Both the position numbers and the translations under genes were made by a program. Source: Candidatus Latescibacterota bacterium (lineage in GTDB: Bacteria; Latescibacterota; UBA2968). From it: a stretch of DNA of 64,000 nucleotides. The number at the start of each line of letters is the position of its first letter. The stretch's first letter is position 1. Below are positions 41,303 to 51,966 of this stretch, piece by piece. The DNA lies in NCBI GenBank assembly GCA_965198115.1, contig OZ240241.1:6592001-6656000 (forward strand), given 5' to 3'. The notes under the pieces are model-generated. The model was not told the origin of the DNA. It made no database searches and saw nothing but the letters and a program-made list of their open reading frames with translations.

Positions 41303-42722
41303 GGCTCTATCCGGGTTTCTCAACGGTGAAACTGTAGAATGACAAGGTCATAGATCGTTCCCTACGCTTGGTTGTGTGTGTAGGACAATCAAAGCGAAGG
41401 GGGTGCGACCTATGACCGGGAGCAGATTACTATCGAAACTGCTGAGATTCAAGGGGTTCCGTGTTGTCAGCTGGTGGTTTGAGGGGAGAAGCTGCTTCGT
41501 CATCGCCGTAAAGCCACATAAGAATGGTTGTTGTTGTCCGGAGTACGGCCGTCGAGGTAAAATCGTCCGCACAATGCCCCATCCGCGTCGGTGGCGTGAC
41601 ATTCCGGTGTGCGGGTGGAGGGTCTGGCTTCTCTACCATCCTCGGGAGATTCGGTGTCCTACCCACGGTCGTGTGGTCGAGGAGATTCCGTGGGCGGAGC
41701 GGTTCTCTCGGGTGACGTATCGCTTCGAGTATGCCATGCTGCGCTACTGCCAGACCATGACGCAGAAGGCGGCGTCCGAGTTGCTGCGCATCTCTGCCTC
41801 GACGCTGTCGGATCTCCTTCACCGATCCATCACGCGGCTTCGTGAAGGTCATCGTATCCGAGGGCTCAAAACCATCGGGATCGACGAGATCTCCTACGCC
41901 AAGCGTCACAGGTACGCCACGCTCGTTTACGATCTGGACCGCTCCTGCGTGGTGTGGGTTGGCCGCGGCAGGGCGCGTAAAACGATCGATCGGTTCTTCA
42001 CAGAGGCTCTCAGTCCCTACCGGAGATCCAAGATCGAGTGGGCCTGCTGCGACATGAGCGAAGCTTACATCGGAGCCATCCAGGAACACTGTCCGAATGC
42101 CAAGCTGGTCCTCGATCGCTTTCACATCGTCAAGGCTCTCAATGCCGCCGTTGACGAGGTCCGTAAGGACCAGTGGCGTAAAGCTGCCCCGGATGAGCGC
42201 AAAGCCATGAAGGGCCTCCGATGGCTCCTCTACCGGCACTCAGCGACACGCTCCAGAGGGGATACTCGGACACTCAAAGCACTGGAGAAGGCGAACTACC
42301 GAATCTATAGAGCCTGGAGACTCAAGGACGAGTTCGAGCAGTTCTGGGAATACAAAGCGCCCTGGGCTGCCGAACGCTTCCTGAAATGCTGGACGACGTC
42401 CGCACTCAGAAGTCGACTTGAACCCCTGCGAAAGTTCGTCAGGACCCTGCGACAGCACTTCTTCGGCGTCCTCGCATTCGTGAACACGCGTCTTACCAAC
42501 GCCATCGCCGAAGGCCTCAACCGAATCGTCCAAATCGTCAAGAACCGAGCCAGCGGATTCCGCACACTCGACGCATTCAACGATATGATCTTCCTTACCG
42601 TCGGAGACATAAACATCCCTGAGCAGATTCCGAAGAGGTTCCGCACACTCTAACCGCGCCCCCATGCCAGGAACCACGGCACCTTCACCCACTTCAGCTC
42701 GTTGAGAGATCCGGATATAGCC
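41303..42722 (+). mobile_element. ISL3-family element; transposase about 41412-42653
   Basis: IRs ggctctatccgggtttctcaacg and (revcomp) ggctatatccggatctctcaacg; IGIDEI, CCDMS, DRFH, TNAIAEGLN. Confidence 0.94.
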
Positions 42723-45084
42723 AGAAAATGGACCCCAGCGAAAGTACGAGGATTGCAAGTGATGGGATGAGGAAGAAGTGAATGCCGACGGGCACCTGGT
42801 TCGAAAACATTTCGAGGATGACCTTGACAGTAAAGTGCGCAGCGATGCTTCCAAGCACACAGCCGATTACAGCGAGGGCGATCAGACGCCGGGCGAGGAG
42901 ACCGAAAACCGAAGTGACCGATGCTCCCAGAACCTTTCGCACGCCAACTTCTTTCGTTCGCCTGGCAAGGGTGTGAAGAGCGAGGCCGAACAGCCCCAGG
43001 CACGAAATAACGATGCCGAAGACAGATGCCGTGTACCCAAGGGGTTGGAGAAGATTCGTCGCCTCCTCCATTTGACGGGAGATGATGACGTCGAGCGGGT
43101 TGAGTGTGCTGGGTGTATCCGGCGAGACCTCCTTCCAAATCTCCTCGAGCTGGGGAACGACCTCTCCGATTCGGTCGGGCTTCATTCGTATGAGCACCCT
43201 GGCCTTCTGCAATCCAGGGTCCTGGTGAAGAATGACCGGAAACATCGGAGCGGCGCCGTGGAGATAGACGAAGTCCTCGAGGACGCCCACAACGTGGGGA
43301 TGGTCGATTTCTCCGTAGGTGAAGGGCAGGGTCTGGCCAATGGCGTCGTCCCATTCCATTTTCTCGACCATATACTCATTCACGAGCACTTCGTCGAGCG
43401 GGCCGTCTGTTCGCAGATTCTTCCCCTCCTTTAGGGTCAGTCCGTACGTATCGACGAATTCAGGTGTAACGGAACCGTGGAATATCTGCATCTCGGGTTC
43501 TTTGATCTCGTAGAAATGAGCGCCCTGGCCGAATGTGGTCGATGAACCCGCAACGTTTTCGACGCCTGGCAAGGCCATCACGCGTGGACGGTAACGGTCG
43601 TAGAGACGTTCGAAGTCTTCGCTGTTGGGGTCGATCGCGAAGATGACGGACGGATCGTAGCCGCGATTGAACGTGTTCGTGTAGTCGAATTGTTTCAAAA
43701 CGATCTGGGTCGAAGCAAGGAGGAAGATGGCAGCAGCGAACTGGATGATGACGAGGAGACGGGCGAATCGGTTCTTGCCACCACCCCCACCCAGTCCTTT
43801 GAGTGCGGAGACGGGTTCGACGCGTGAGAGGGCATAGGCGGGATAGAAGCCGGCGATGGTCCCGACGGTCAGGGGCAACAGGATGATGAAGGCCCAGAAG
43901 ATGGGCGTATGGGACCACCCGAGCGCGTAGTTGGGGAAAAAGGAGAAAAGGGAAGCCATTTCAGGCATCAGGTAGTTGGCGAGCGATGCACCCACGACGG
44001 TCGAGATCGAGCATAAAAAGACAGCTTCGATCACGTGCTGGCCGATGAGGTGCGCCCGTGCGGCACCTGCCACTTTGCGCAGACCGATCTCTCGTGTGCG
44101 GTGGACGGATCGACCGAGCGAAAGGATGGTGAAATTCACGCATCCGACGAGAAGAACCAGACCCCCGAGCAAGCCCACAATCTGGATGAGGATCGGCGGC
44201 ATGATGAAGAGTTGACCGCCCCCCATCTGACCTCCTTCGAACATCTCGCCATACTGCTGAACATGGAGACCATAGGGGCTTTCCTCCTTGGACCATTTTC
44301 CCGAGCTGCGAAGATCGGCCTCATCGCTACCGAAGTAACTTTGCACTAACCCGGGCAGCCCGTGCTCGATGACGGAGCGATCATCGGGATGCTTCAGCAA
44401 GAGGAAGGTCATTGCGATGCGGTCGGAAAGATTGACCTGGGATTCGCTGAGCCCGCCACTCACAAGATCCCAGGGCAGTAGCGCTGTGAACTGAAGCGAC
44501 GACCGATACGTGGGATCGTAGGCGATTGCGGAGACCACCATTTCGTGCGGTTTGTTGGCCTGCGTAAAGAAGGTGATGCGCTGGCCGACGAGGTCTGCGA
44601 CGTCGCCATCGGTGAATCGCTTTGCAGTCTTAGCGGTGAGGACGATTTCGTTCGGTGTCGTCAATGGTCTGGTGTTTCCGTGCATGATGTCGAAAGAGAG
44701 TGTTGTGAAGAACGTGCTGTCGACGAATGCCATCGAATTGATGCGTGTTATAAAGTCGTCGATCCGGAGTCGTCCCCACGTTCTTCGGAAACGAACAGAT
44801 TCCTCGATCTCGGGAAACGACCGTTCGAGCTCGGGACCCAGGCTCTGTGGAAGCGTCGCGCTTCTGAGCTCCCACTCATTCTCTCCCGTGTCGTCGGTCA
44901 TGTAGACGCGGAAGATCCGGTCACCGTTGAGGTGGAAGTCGTCGCGGATCCATTCGTGCTGGAGAAACACGAAGACGAGCAGCGCACAGGCGAGTCCGAG
45001 GGTCAGGCTGAGGACGCTGATGAGGCTGACGCCCTTGTCACGGACCAGATATCGCCAGGCGGTGGTGAGGTAGTTGGTGAGCAT
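42723..45084 (-). CDS. MacB/FtsX-like ABC permease, last residues replaced by the ISL3 end
   Basis: RTREIGLRKVAGA and RTKEVGVRKVLGA; lacks the terminal PVxALR motif seen in paralogs. Confidence 0.9.
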
Positions 45085-45123
45085 GAAACCCAGTTTTCGG
45101 TGTTCAGGAAAGACGGAAACTGA

Positions 45124-45582
45124 TCAATTGAGAGCGGCTTGCTGTTTTTGATGTTTGAGAACGGGATATTGTTTCATCGTGCCTGAAAGTGACGCTTCAG
45201 GTCGATCCTGCTCCTGAGTAGACCAGCAGGATACCGAAAAGGATGGCGAAGATGCCGGATACCCTGATGAGCGAAGGACAAGCGACCCCCACCAGCCGAT
45301 AAACGCGTCGAGACGCTGGTGACCGACGACCAGGATGACGAACGCAGCGACGATGGCCAGGATGCCAAACGTTTGGATCAAGACGGGATAGCGGCAGTAT
45401 GGGGCGACTACGATGAAGACGGCGCCGAGGACGAGACGTCCGGCGATGGCCAACCTGAATAACGAAGGGCCGTGCCAGCGCTCGGTCAGGTCGATGAGTT
45501 TTTGCGGTCTGAAAACCCCTATGCCGCCCATTCCCACACCGAGCACGCCAAAAAGAGATACGATGATGGTCAGGTTTTGCAC
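45124..45582 (-). CDS. Small hypothetical membrane protein (C-terminus possibly frameshifted)
   Basis: Three to four hydrophobic segments; co-oriented with neighbours. Confidence 0.55.
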   Translation of the reverse strand: MQNLTIIVSLFGVLGVGMGGIGVFRPQKLIDLTERWHGPSLFRLAIAGRLVLGAVFIVVAPYCRYPVLIQTFGILAIVAAFVILVVGHQRLDAFIGWWGSLVLRSSGYPASSPSFSVSCWSTQEQDRPEASLSGTMKQYPVLKHQKQQAALN

Positions 45583-45594
45583 GCCGACAGTCGC

Positions 45595-46512
45595 TCAGGT
45601 GGAAGCGAGCAGACTTTCTTGCGTTTCGTGGAGTCGGGCGAGCATCGCCTGAACTCGAGGAACATCCTCTTCGGCGACGTCCTCGGCGAAAGGGATCACG
45701 GGTCCGCCGGCGAGACCCGCCGCATCCATCGCGGCGTGCAAGGCGGAAGCGCTGTAACGGGCGCCGCGTTCACCGCGGAAGTCTTCGAACGGCACCATTT
45801 CGCTGCGGATGCGTTCTGCTTCAGCCACTTCGCCCGCTTTGAAGGCCCGCAGGAGCTCCAGACTGAGACGAGGGACGAAGTTGGCCATTCCCGAGCTGAA
45901 ACCGACCGCTCCGGCCTGGAGATACTGGACGCTGGGATCTTCGGCCATTCCGCAAACCATTGCCGCCCGATCGCCTGCTCTGTCGTTGATTTCTTTGAAG
46001 AGGTCGATGTCGTCGATGGCGTATTTCAGGCCGACAACACCATCCCCTTCGCAGAGGGCGACGACGACGTCGGCCGGCATAATGTCGGCGCGTCGCTGAT
46101 AGAGGACGACGGGAAGACGAACGTCATCGGTGATCGATCCCAATCCGTCGAGCACGCCGGCCGCGGAACCGGGCCCGACGATGGGCATGATCATCACGCC
46201 CGACGCGCCCAGCGATCGTGCGATCGCACCCATCTCGAGCGATCTGCCATAGCCCGGACCGATGCCGGGTACGACGAAGGCGGCATCGTCCGCGGCGTCG
46301 ATGAACGCGCTGACGACGGCTTCGTACTCTTCCAACGTCGTATCGTAAACGAGCCCTGTGCCGCATTCCGGCATGATGTATCGAACCCCGTTGTCGATCA
46401 GGTGGCGGACGTTACCCTTTATACCATCGAGATCGATGGGACGGTCAGGGCGACGGGGGGTGATTGCGACGACGAGGACATCGGCGCAGTCGGATTGGGT
46501 GATCTGTTTCAC
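45595..46512 (-). CDS. Dihydrodipicolinate synthase family aldolase/dehydratase
   Basis: AITP, CGTG, VVLYQR, VGLKYA. Confidence 0.85.
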   Translation of the reverse strand: MKQITQSDCADVLVVAITPRRPDRPIDLDGIKGNVRHLIDNGVRYIMPECGTGLVYDTTLEEYEAVVSAFIDAADDAAFVVPGIGPGYGRSLEMGAIARSLGASGVMIMPIVGPGSAAGVLDGLGSITDDVRLPVVLYQRRADIMPADVVVALCEGDGVVGLKYAIDDIDLFKEINDRAGDRAAMVCGMAEDPSVQYLQAGAVGFSSGMANFVPRLSLELLRAFKAGEVAEAERIRSEMVPFEDFRGERGARYSASALHAAMDAAGLAGGPVIPFAEDVAEEDVPRVQAMLARLHETQESLLAST

Positions 46513-46541
46513 TGTGGGTCTCCGTTAGTCAACGCTTCGGT

Positions 46542-47399
46542 TCATTGCTCAATGTCTGCGAGAATCTTTTTCAGAAAAACGACATCCTGTTGGACGATTT
46601 CCTCAAGACCTCGTGGTTTAGTGTCCGCATAGCCGACCTGGCGGATGATGGTTTCGTCGAATTCGTACTCGGTGTGGACGGCGAGCGGCCCTGTGAATCC
46701 CATCCTCGTGAGAAGCCCGAGGGCGCGACCCCAGTCGACACTTCCTTTCCCAAGAGCCGCGAACTGGGGCCTGAACGGGGGCGTTTGATCGGGCCGAGGC
46801 GCGTGAAAGCCATCTTTGATGCCGGCTGCTGCAAGGTAGTCGGCGACGATGGAGAGACCCATCGCGAGATCTTCGCCATCGAGCGCCATATGACCGAAGT
46901 CGACGTAGGCGCCGACGTTTGCGGGTTCGAAACCGGTCAACAGGTGCATCAGACCGGCACAGTTGGACCCCAGACACGATCCGCTGTGCGTGTGGTAGAG
47001 CGTCTTGACGTGATGCTTCTCGCTGAGACGCGCGAATCCATCGAGCCCTTCCCGCGCGTGGTCGAGGACCGACCAGTAGTCGTCCCCCTCCTTAAAATAC
47101 CAATAGCCGATCTTGACGAGCGGAACGCTCGCCGCCTCGCACGCGGCGTAGAGCCGTTGGGCCTCGCTCGACGATGGGTCGTTGAAGTCGACCGGTGCCG
47201 TCGCCAGGGGGCAGACGATGCCTTCCTCGTCGAAGACCTTGACGGCATTGGGAAGCGTCTGGTCGACGTTGTCGAGATTGACGGGATGGCCGGGGCGCAC
47301 GCAGAGATCGATGCCGTCATAGCCGTAGGCCTTGGCCGTCGAACCGAGATCGGCGGGCGAAAGCTCCGAGAAGAATTTGGAGTTCAGAATGATATGCAT
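46542..47399 (-). CDS. Sugar phosphate isomerase/epimerase
   Basis: GIDLCVRPG, YHTHSG, DFGH, IKD, HTEY. Confidence 0.85.
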   Translation of the reverse strand: MHIILNSKFFSELSPADLGSTAKAYGYDGIDLCVRPGHPVNLDNVDQTLPNAVKVFDEEGIVCPLATAPVDFNDPSSSEAQRLYAACEAASVPLVKIGYWYFKEGDDYWSVLDHAREGLDGFARLSEKHHVKTLYHTHSGSCLGSNCAGLMHLLTGFEPANVGAYVDFGHMALDGEDLAMGLSIVADYLAAAGIKDGFHAPRPDQTPPFRPQFAALGKGSVDWGRALGLLTRMGFTGPLAVHTEYEFDETIIRQVGYADTKPRGLEEIVQQDVVFLKKILADIEQ

Positions 47400-47407
47400 C
47401 GACGTTG

Positions 47408-49372
47408 TTATCCAGTGAGTGACTCAGTAATCGCGCCTCGCATCTTCAATATGTACTTCGATCGATCAAGAGGACAGATCCCTTTGTAGGGACGGATGAC
47501 GCCGAGATCGTCGTCGACCGGGTCGTAGCCGTCGAACTGGACGGAGAGGTTTGCGCGTCCCGACGTCATCGAGCTGAGGGCAATCGCGTAATTCATCGAT
47601 GTGGCGAGAGGGACCCGCCCGCGAACGACGAATCCGATGTCCATTGACTCGGGTGGATCGAAGGTGCCGCGCATTCGGGTGACGTCCGAGGTCACTTTGC
47701 CTATGAATTCATCCGGCCCGGCGATGCGGAATGTCAGAACCGGTTCGAGGAGCGTGGTGCCTGTTTCGGTGAGTCCTTTAAGTAGCGCGATGTGGGTAGC
47801 GAGGGCGAAGTTCCCCGGGCGACTGTGCTGGACGTGATCGCTTCCCGAGACGAGGGTGATGGCGAGGTCGGTGACTTCCCAGCCTTTGACGCCCTGCTTG
47901 AGTGCGCTCGTCAGGCATCTCTCGATCTCGTGTTGATACCGTCGCTTGATGTCGTTGACGCCGACGTCAGATTCGAAATGGATGCCTGTTCCTGTCTCCC
48001 CGGGGTCGATCCGGTATTTCACGATCGCCCAGCACGGCTTCGGCATCGTATAGCGATCTTCGCCAAAGCCCGACGTGCTGGGCGTTTCCCTGTAATTGAC
48101 TGTGGGCTCGCTGAAAGCTGCCTGGATTCCGAATCGGTGTTCGAGCAAGTCGGTCAGAATCTCGGTCTGAACCGCGCCCATGATCTTGACGTGAAACTCC
48201 CTCTCCTCGTCGACCCAGGTGAAATCGAGGTGTGGGTCCTCGCTCGATAGCAATTGGAGAGCTCCGGCGAGCCTGTTGCGATCGGCTTCGTCCTTTGGCA
48301 CGGCCTGAACCGACAGCAGAGGCTCGCTGAGTCGATACGTATCCGGAACGGGTTTCGGATCACCCAGGATGTCGCCAATCCTGGCTTCCGGCAGCCCACA
48401 GAGGAATCCGATGTCTCCCGCTTCGAGTGCGGAAACGTCCTCGTAGCGGTTGATGTAGCTCTTTTTAATTTGAGAGACCTTCTCCTCACGGCTGGCTGCA
48501 ACGTTAGCGATGACATCGCGTGTTCTAATCGTGCCGCCATAGACGCGGACCCCTGCGATTCGACCGAGTCTGTCATCGTGGTCGATGCGAAAGACGACCG
48601 CCGACGGGTCATCATCGACACGTGCGACGGCATCGGGAAACCAGTCGACGATGCCATCCAGGAGCGCCTCGGTTCCTACGCCGTTCTTCGCGGCGCCGCA
48701 GAGGGCAGGGAAGACCGCACGTCGACGAACGGCGGCTGCCAGCGCGGTCTCGACTTCATCGGGGCTCAGCGTTTCCTCTTCGAGATAGCTTTCGAGGAGC
48801 GCGTCGTCGGTTTCTGCGACGACTTCGGCAAGATGGTCGCGCTCTGCGGGATTCAGTCCGCGCACAGTCGCGTTCCCGCCCTGGTGTTCGGGATGATTGA
48901 GCAAAACGATGTCGGAGGCCAGCTCTCGCCGCACGTCGTCGACAACGCCGAGGGCATCGGCGCCTGCGCGATCGATCTTGTTGATGAAGAAGAGGACGGG
49001 TATACCGCGCTCGCGAAGGGCGTGCCAGATGGTCGTGGTGTGTGGCTGGATGCCTTCGACGGCCGACAGCATCAAGATGGCGGCATCGAGCACGCGGATC
49101 GAGCGTTCGACTTCGGCGCTGAAGTCGACGTGCCCCGGTGTGTCGATGAGGTTGATCCGGACGTCGCGCCAGGAAAAGGACAATGCGGTTGCCCGAACGG
49201 AGATCCCCCTCCGCTTTTCTACATCCAGCGCGTCGGACAGGCTCGTGCCCTTGTCGACGTTGCCCGTTGCACGAATGCTGCCCGCGAGGAACAGCATCTG
49301 CTCGGTCAACGTGGTTTTGCCCGCATCGACGTGCGCGACGATACCGATGTTGCGAATTCTGCTATTGCTCAT
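47408..49372 (-). CDS. TetM/TetO-like translational GTPase (EF-G/ribosomal protection family)
   Basis: AHVDAGKTT, RGIS, DTPGHVDF, NKID, MGAVQTEIL, EPTVNYRE. Confidence 0.88.
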   Translation of the reverse strand: MSNSRIRNIGIVAHVDAGKTTLTEQMLFLAGSIRATGNVDKGTSLSDALDVEKRRGISVRATALSFSWRDVRINLIDTPGHVDFSAEVERSIRVLDAAILMLSAVEGIQPHTTTIWHALRERGIPVLFFINKIDRAGADALGVVDDVRRELASDIVLLNHPEHQGGNATVRGLNPAERDHLAEVVAETDDALLESYLEEETLSPDEVETALAAAVRRRAVFPALCGAAKNGVGTEALLDGIVDWFPDAVARVDDDPSAVVFRIDHDDRLGRIAGVRVYGGTIRTRDVIANVAASREEKVSQIKKSYINRYEDVSALEAGDIGFLCGLPEARIGDILGDPKPVPDTYRLSEPLLSVQAVPKDEADRNRLAGALQLLSSEDPHLDFTWVDEEREFHVKIMGAVQTEILTDLLEHRFGIQAAFSEPTVNYRETPSTSGFGEDRYTMPKPCWAIVKYRIDPGETGTGIHFESDVGVNDIKRRYQHEIERCLTSALKQGVKGWEVTDLAITLVSGSDHVQHSRPGNFALATHIALLKGLTETGTTLLEPVLTFRIAGPDEFIGKVTSDVTRMRGTFDPPESMDIGFVVRGRVPLATSMNYAIALSSMTSGRANLSVQFDGYDPVDDDLGVIRPYKGICPLDRSKYILKMRGAITESLTG

Positions 49373-49578
49373 AGGAGAACCAACAAAGACGCAGACCACG
49401 GAATACACGGAATACACGGAACACACGGAAGAGTAGTAAGCCCAGGGTCCAGGGCCCCTTCGGGAATCAAGACTTGGGTGTGCCGGTGGAACCTTACTAC
49501 GAAAAACACGAAAACTCTGAACGCAACGACTCTTCTCGTCGACTACCTCTCTAAACGTACCTTTCCGAGGCTGCCAAC

Positions 49579-50478
49579 CTATGGTCTGAAGGGCTCGAGG
49601 TCCATTTGTGGGTATCGAAGAGACACTCCCTCGATCGTTTCATCTGTCCAGAACGGATGGCCTGGTGGCGGGAACCCGAACAGCAGGAGCTGACGAACGG
49701 TGGCTTGTCCGACCAAAGCATTCCACGCCTCAGAATAGGATCGGTCCGCCCAGCCGGCACGGGTTCCCCATTCGGCGTCAGCGGGACGGTAACCGACGTG
49801 GATCGTGTAGCGTGCACCGCGTGGGGCGGTCAGGGGGGTGCCGCGATGGAACGTCCGGGTCGTGTAGGCAACGAGGGTCCCCGCCGGGCCTTTGCCAGAG
49901 ACTTCAGCCTCGTACCATTCCGGCTGCTCATCGCGTGAGAGCCAGTTCGGAAGCGCTGGGAAGCCGCGCGTCCGGGTCCAGGATACGAAGTGGGGTGGGC
50001 CGAGTTCTTGGGGAACATCGAACAGATAGAGGAAAATCTCGACCTGCTGGAATTCGTGTGCCTCGGTCGGAACGAGGATAGTGCCGTTGAGGTAATCCCT
50101 ATGGAGCGGTTGGTCGTAGTCGGCGGCACCCGTGTATTTTGCCCAAGCTTCGGCTGAATAGAGGCGTATGTCCTCTGTGCCGAGCAAGGCCTCGACGAGC
50201 GTAGTGATTTTTGGATGGACTGTCAGAAGACTCAGCTCGGTACTGTCGAAGGGGAAGTTGGTGATGCCAGCGAATTCATCCCGGTAGCGCGCGTTCCGTG
50301 TTTCGTCCACGCCGTCGTGGAATTCTTCCGGTGTCGGGAACATCTCTGCGAGCTCGCGCTGGGCAGGCGCGAGCTCATCGACTGAGAGTTGACCTGGAAG
50401 TACTGTAAAGCCGTGCGTGCGAAAATGTGCGACGGCGCGTGAATGATCGTCGGAACGCGTGCTTTCGGGTGTCTTCAC
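49579..50478 (-). CDS. PhyH-family dioxygenase
   Basis: LHRDY, TFHRG. Confidence 0.8.
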   Translation of the reverse strand: MKTPESTRSDDHSRAVAHFRTHGFTVLPGQLSVDELAPAQRELAEMFPTPEEFHDGVDETRNARYRDEFAGITNFPFDSTELSLLTVHPKITTLVEALLGTEDIRLYSAEAWAKYTGAADYDQPLHRDYLNGTILVPTEAHEFQQVEIFLYLFDVPQELGPPHFVSWTRTRGFPALPNWLSRDEQPEWYEAEVSGKGPAGTLVAYTTRTFHRGTPLTAPRGARYTIHVGYRPADAEWGTRAGWADRSYSEAWNALVGQATVRQLLLFGFPPPGHPFWTDETIEGVSLRYPQMDLEPFRP

Positions 50479-50484
50479 GGGCTT

Positions 50485-51678
50485 CTATGGTGCGTTCGTT
50501 TCGGATTTCAGGTAGTCGACGAGCTCACGACGAGATTCTGACTCTCCGTGAATGTCGATTGAGACGTTTGCCCATACGAGGGGGGTCGTGCCGTGTTCGT
50601 CATCTGTCGCGGAGACATCGGCACCCGCTTCGACCAGGAGACGTGCAACATCGACGGATGAGGTGTTGTGAAGCGCAGTCTGTCCCATATCTGCGCGGGC
50701 GTTCGGATCCGCCCCTTTGCTCAACAGCATACGAACGGCGTCGACTTCCCCAGCGGCAGCGGCTGCGTGCAAAGGCGTGCCGATGACGGCATTGACGCCG
50801 ATCTTGCCGGTGAACGAGAGTGCGGATGAGTCGGTGTCGATCGTCTCTGCGAGACGGGATGTCTCTCCGAGCGCGGCCAACTGACAGGGATTGGCCGATG
50901 CACCCTGCGAGATCAGATAACGTGAAACGGGTCGACCGCGTTCGCCCCGGCTGATGGCCGAACCCAGGGGTGTGTTGCCGAGACCGTCGACGGTGTCGAG
51001 CGCGGCCCCGTGATCGATGAGCAGACGTGCGATGTCCGGATTCGTAGCGACGTGGAGGGGCGGGGCCTCATTGAGTCCGGGCGTCGTCGCACGCGAAGGG
51101 TCTTCGTCGAGCATACGCTCGACGGTTGCTGTATCGCCCCGCAGCGCAGCGGCGAAGATGTCGACGCTCGCGTTTTGGCCGATGAGCAGTTGCACGACAC
51201 CCAGGTGTCCCCAATGCGCGGCCAGATGGATCGGGGCCCATTCGTAGTTTCCCGTCCCATTTGGGGCTGCGCCTTGATCGAGCAGCGTCTGGACGATGTC
51301 GATCTGTCCGCGTTCCGACGCGAGCTGAAGCGGAGTGGGTTCACCTCCCCAGCGGGGATGTTTTCCTGCGTCATTGATGATTTCAGGTTCTTCCCCCAAT
51401 GTGGATTCGACGTCGTCGAGATCGCCCTCCCAGATGGCGGCGCGCAGCTGCTGCCCCAGGAGATCTCGCCGAAGCCTCGGCCAGCTGTCGAACCCCTTGG
51501 AGCGAGCGATGACCAATTGCGCGTCGGCAAGCTTGGCCTGTCCGGGCGCGACGGTGCGCGGATGGTGTTCGGTGAAAGTTGTGGCTGACTCGGAATCCCC
51601 GTTTTGGAAATCCTTGAGCAGCTGTTTGGCTTGGTCTTTGAGACGGGTGAGACGGTGAGGAAGGGATTGAGCAGACAC
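50485..51678 (-). CDS. Ankyrin-repeat protein with N-terminal LKxQAKxLL..AQLVIAR..GFxSW domain
   Basis: TPLQLA, APIHLAA, TPLHAAA and TALH repeats; aaaggag RBS before GTG 51678. Confidence 0.88.
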   Translation of the reverse strand: MSAQSLPHRLTRLKDQAKQLLKDFQNGDSESATTFTEHHPRTVAPGQAKLADAQLVIARSKGFDSWPRLRRDLLGQQLRAAIWEGDLDDVESTLGEEPEIINDAGKHPRWGGEPTPLQLASERGQIDIVQTLLDQGAAPNGTGNYEWAPIHLAAHWGHLGVVQLLIGQNASVDIFAAALRGDTATVERMLDEDPSRATTPGLNEAPPLHVATNPDIARLLIDHGAALDTVDGLGNTPLGSAISRGERGRPVSRYLISQGASANPCQLAALGETSRLAETIDTDSSALSFTGKIGVNAVIGTPLHAAAAAGEVDAVRMLLSKGADPNARADMGQTALHNTSSVDVARLLVEAGADVSATDDEHGTTPLVWANVSIDIHGESESRRELVDYLKSETNAP

Positions 51679-51888
51679 GGCGAACTCCTTTCGAGAGTCA
51701 CCCGACATCCGCATCTTCGGGCAGAAAAGAGTCGCTGTATGTGGTAGACCAAAATCGGGTGGGCGTTGGCCCTTTCCGCGGATTGGCTGCGCCCCGAGCG
51801 CACGCGCAAAGAGTATTGATTTTTTTGCGAGCGTGTCAATGTTTGGAACCACTGAGCGCACAGAGTACACAGAAGGATTGCCGTGCCC

Positions 51889-51912
51889 GTAGGGGCGTAT
51901 GGCGATACGCCC
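51889..51912 (+). repeat. GTAG-type REP-like palindrome
   Basis: gtag-gggcgtat-ggcg-atacgccc. Confidence 0.65.
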
Positions 51913-51966
51913 GATGTTCGGGGGCACACCCCTCTCAGGGACCATTGACCACTGACCAAAGGTTGG

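Noticed and set aside
49395-49432. Tandem cacggaata repeats as a CRISPR array
   Set aside because: 9-bp period with no unique spacers and no cas genes.
48254-49693. Long antisense ORFs (also 36465-37595, 45472-46632, 55891-56853, 58131-59216, 22141-23268)
   Set aside because: Shadow frames of well-supported genes in GC-rich DNA, with no recognisable motifs.
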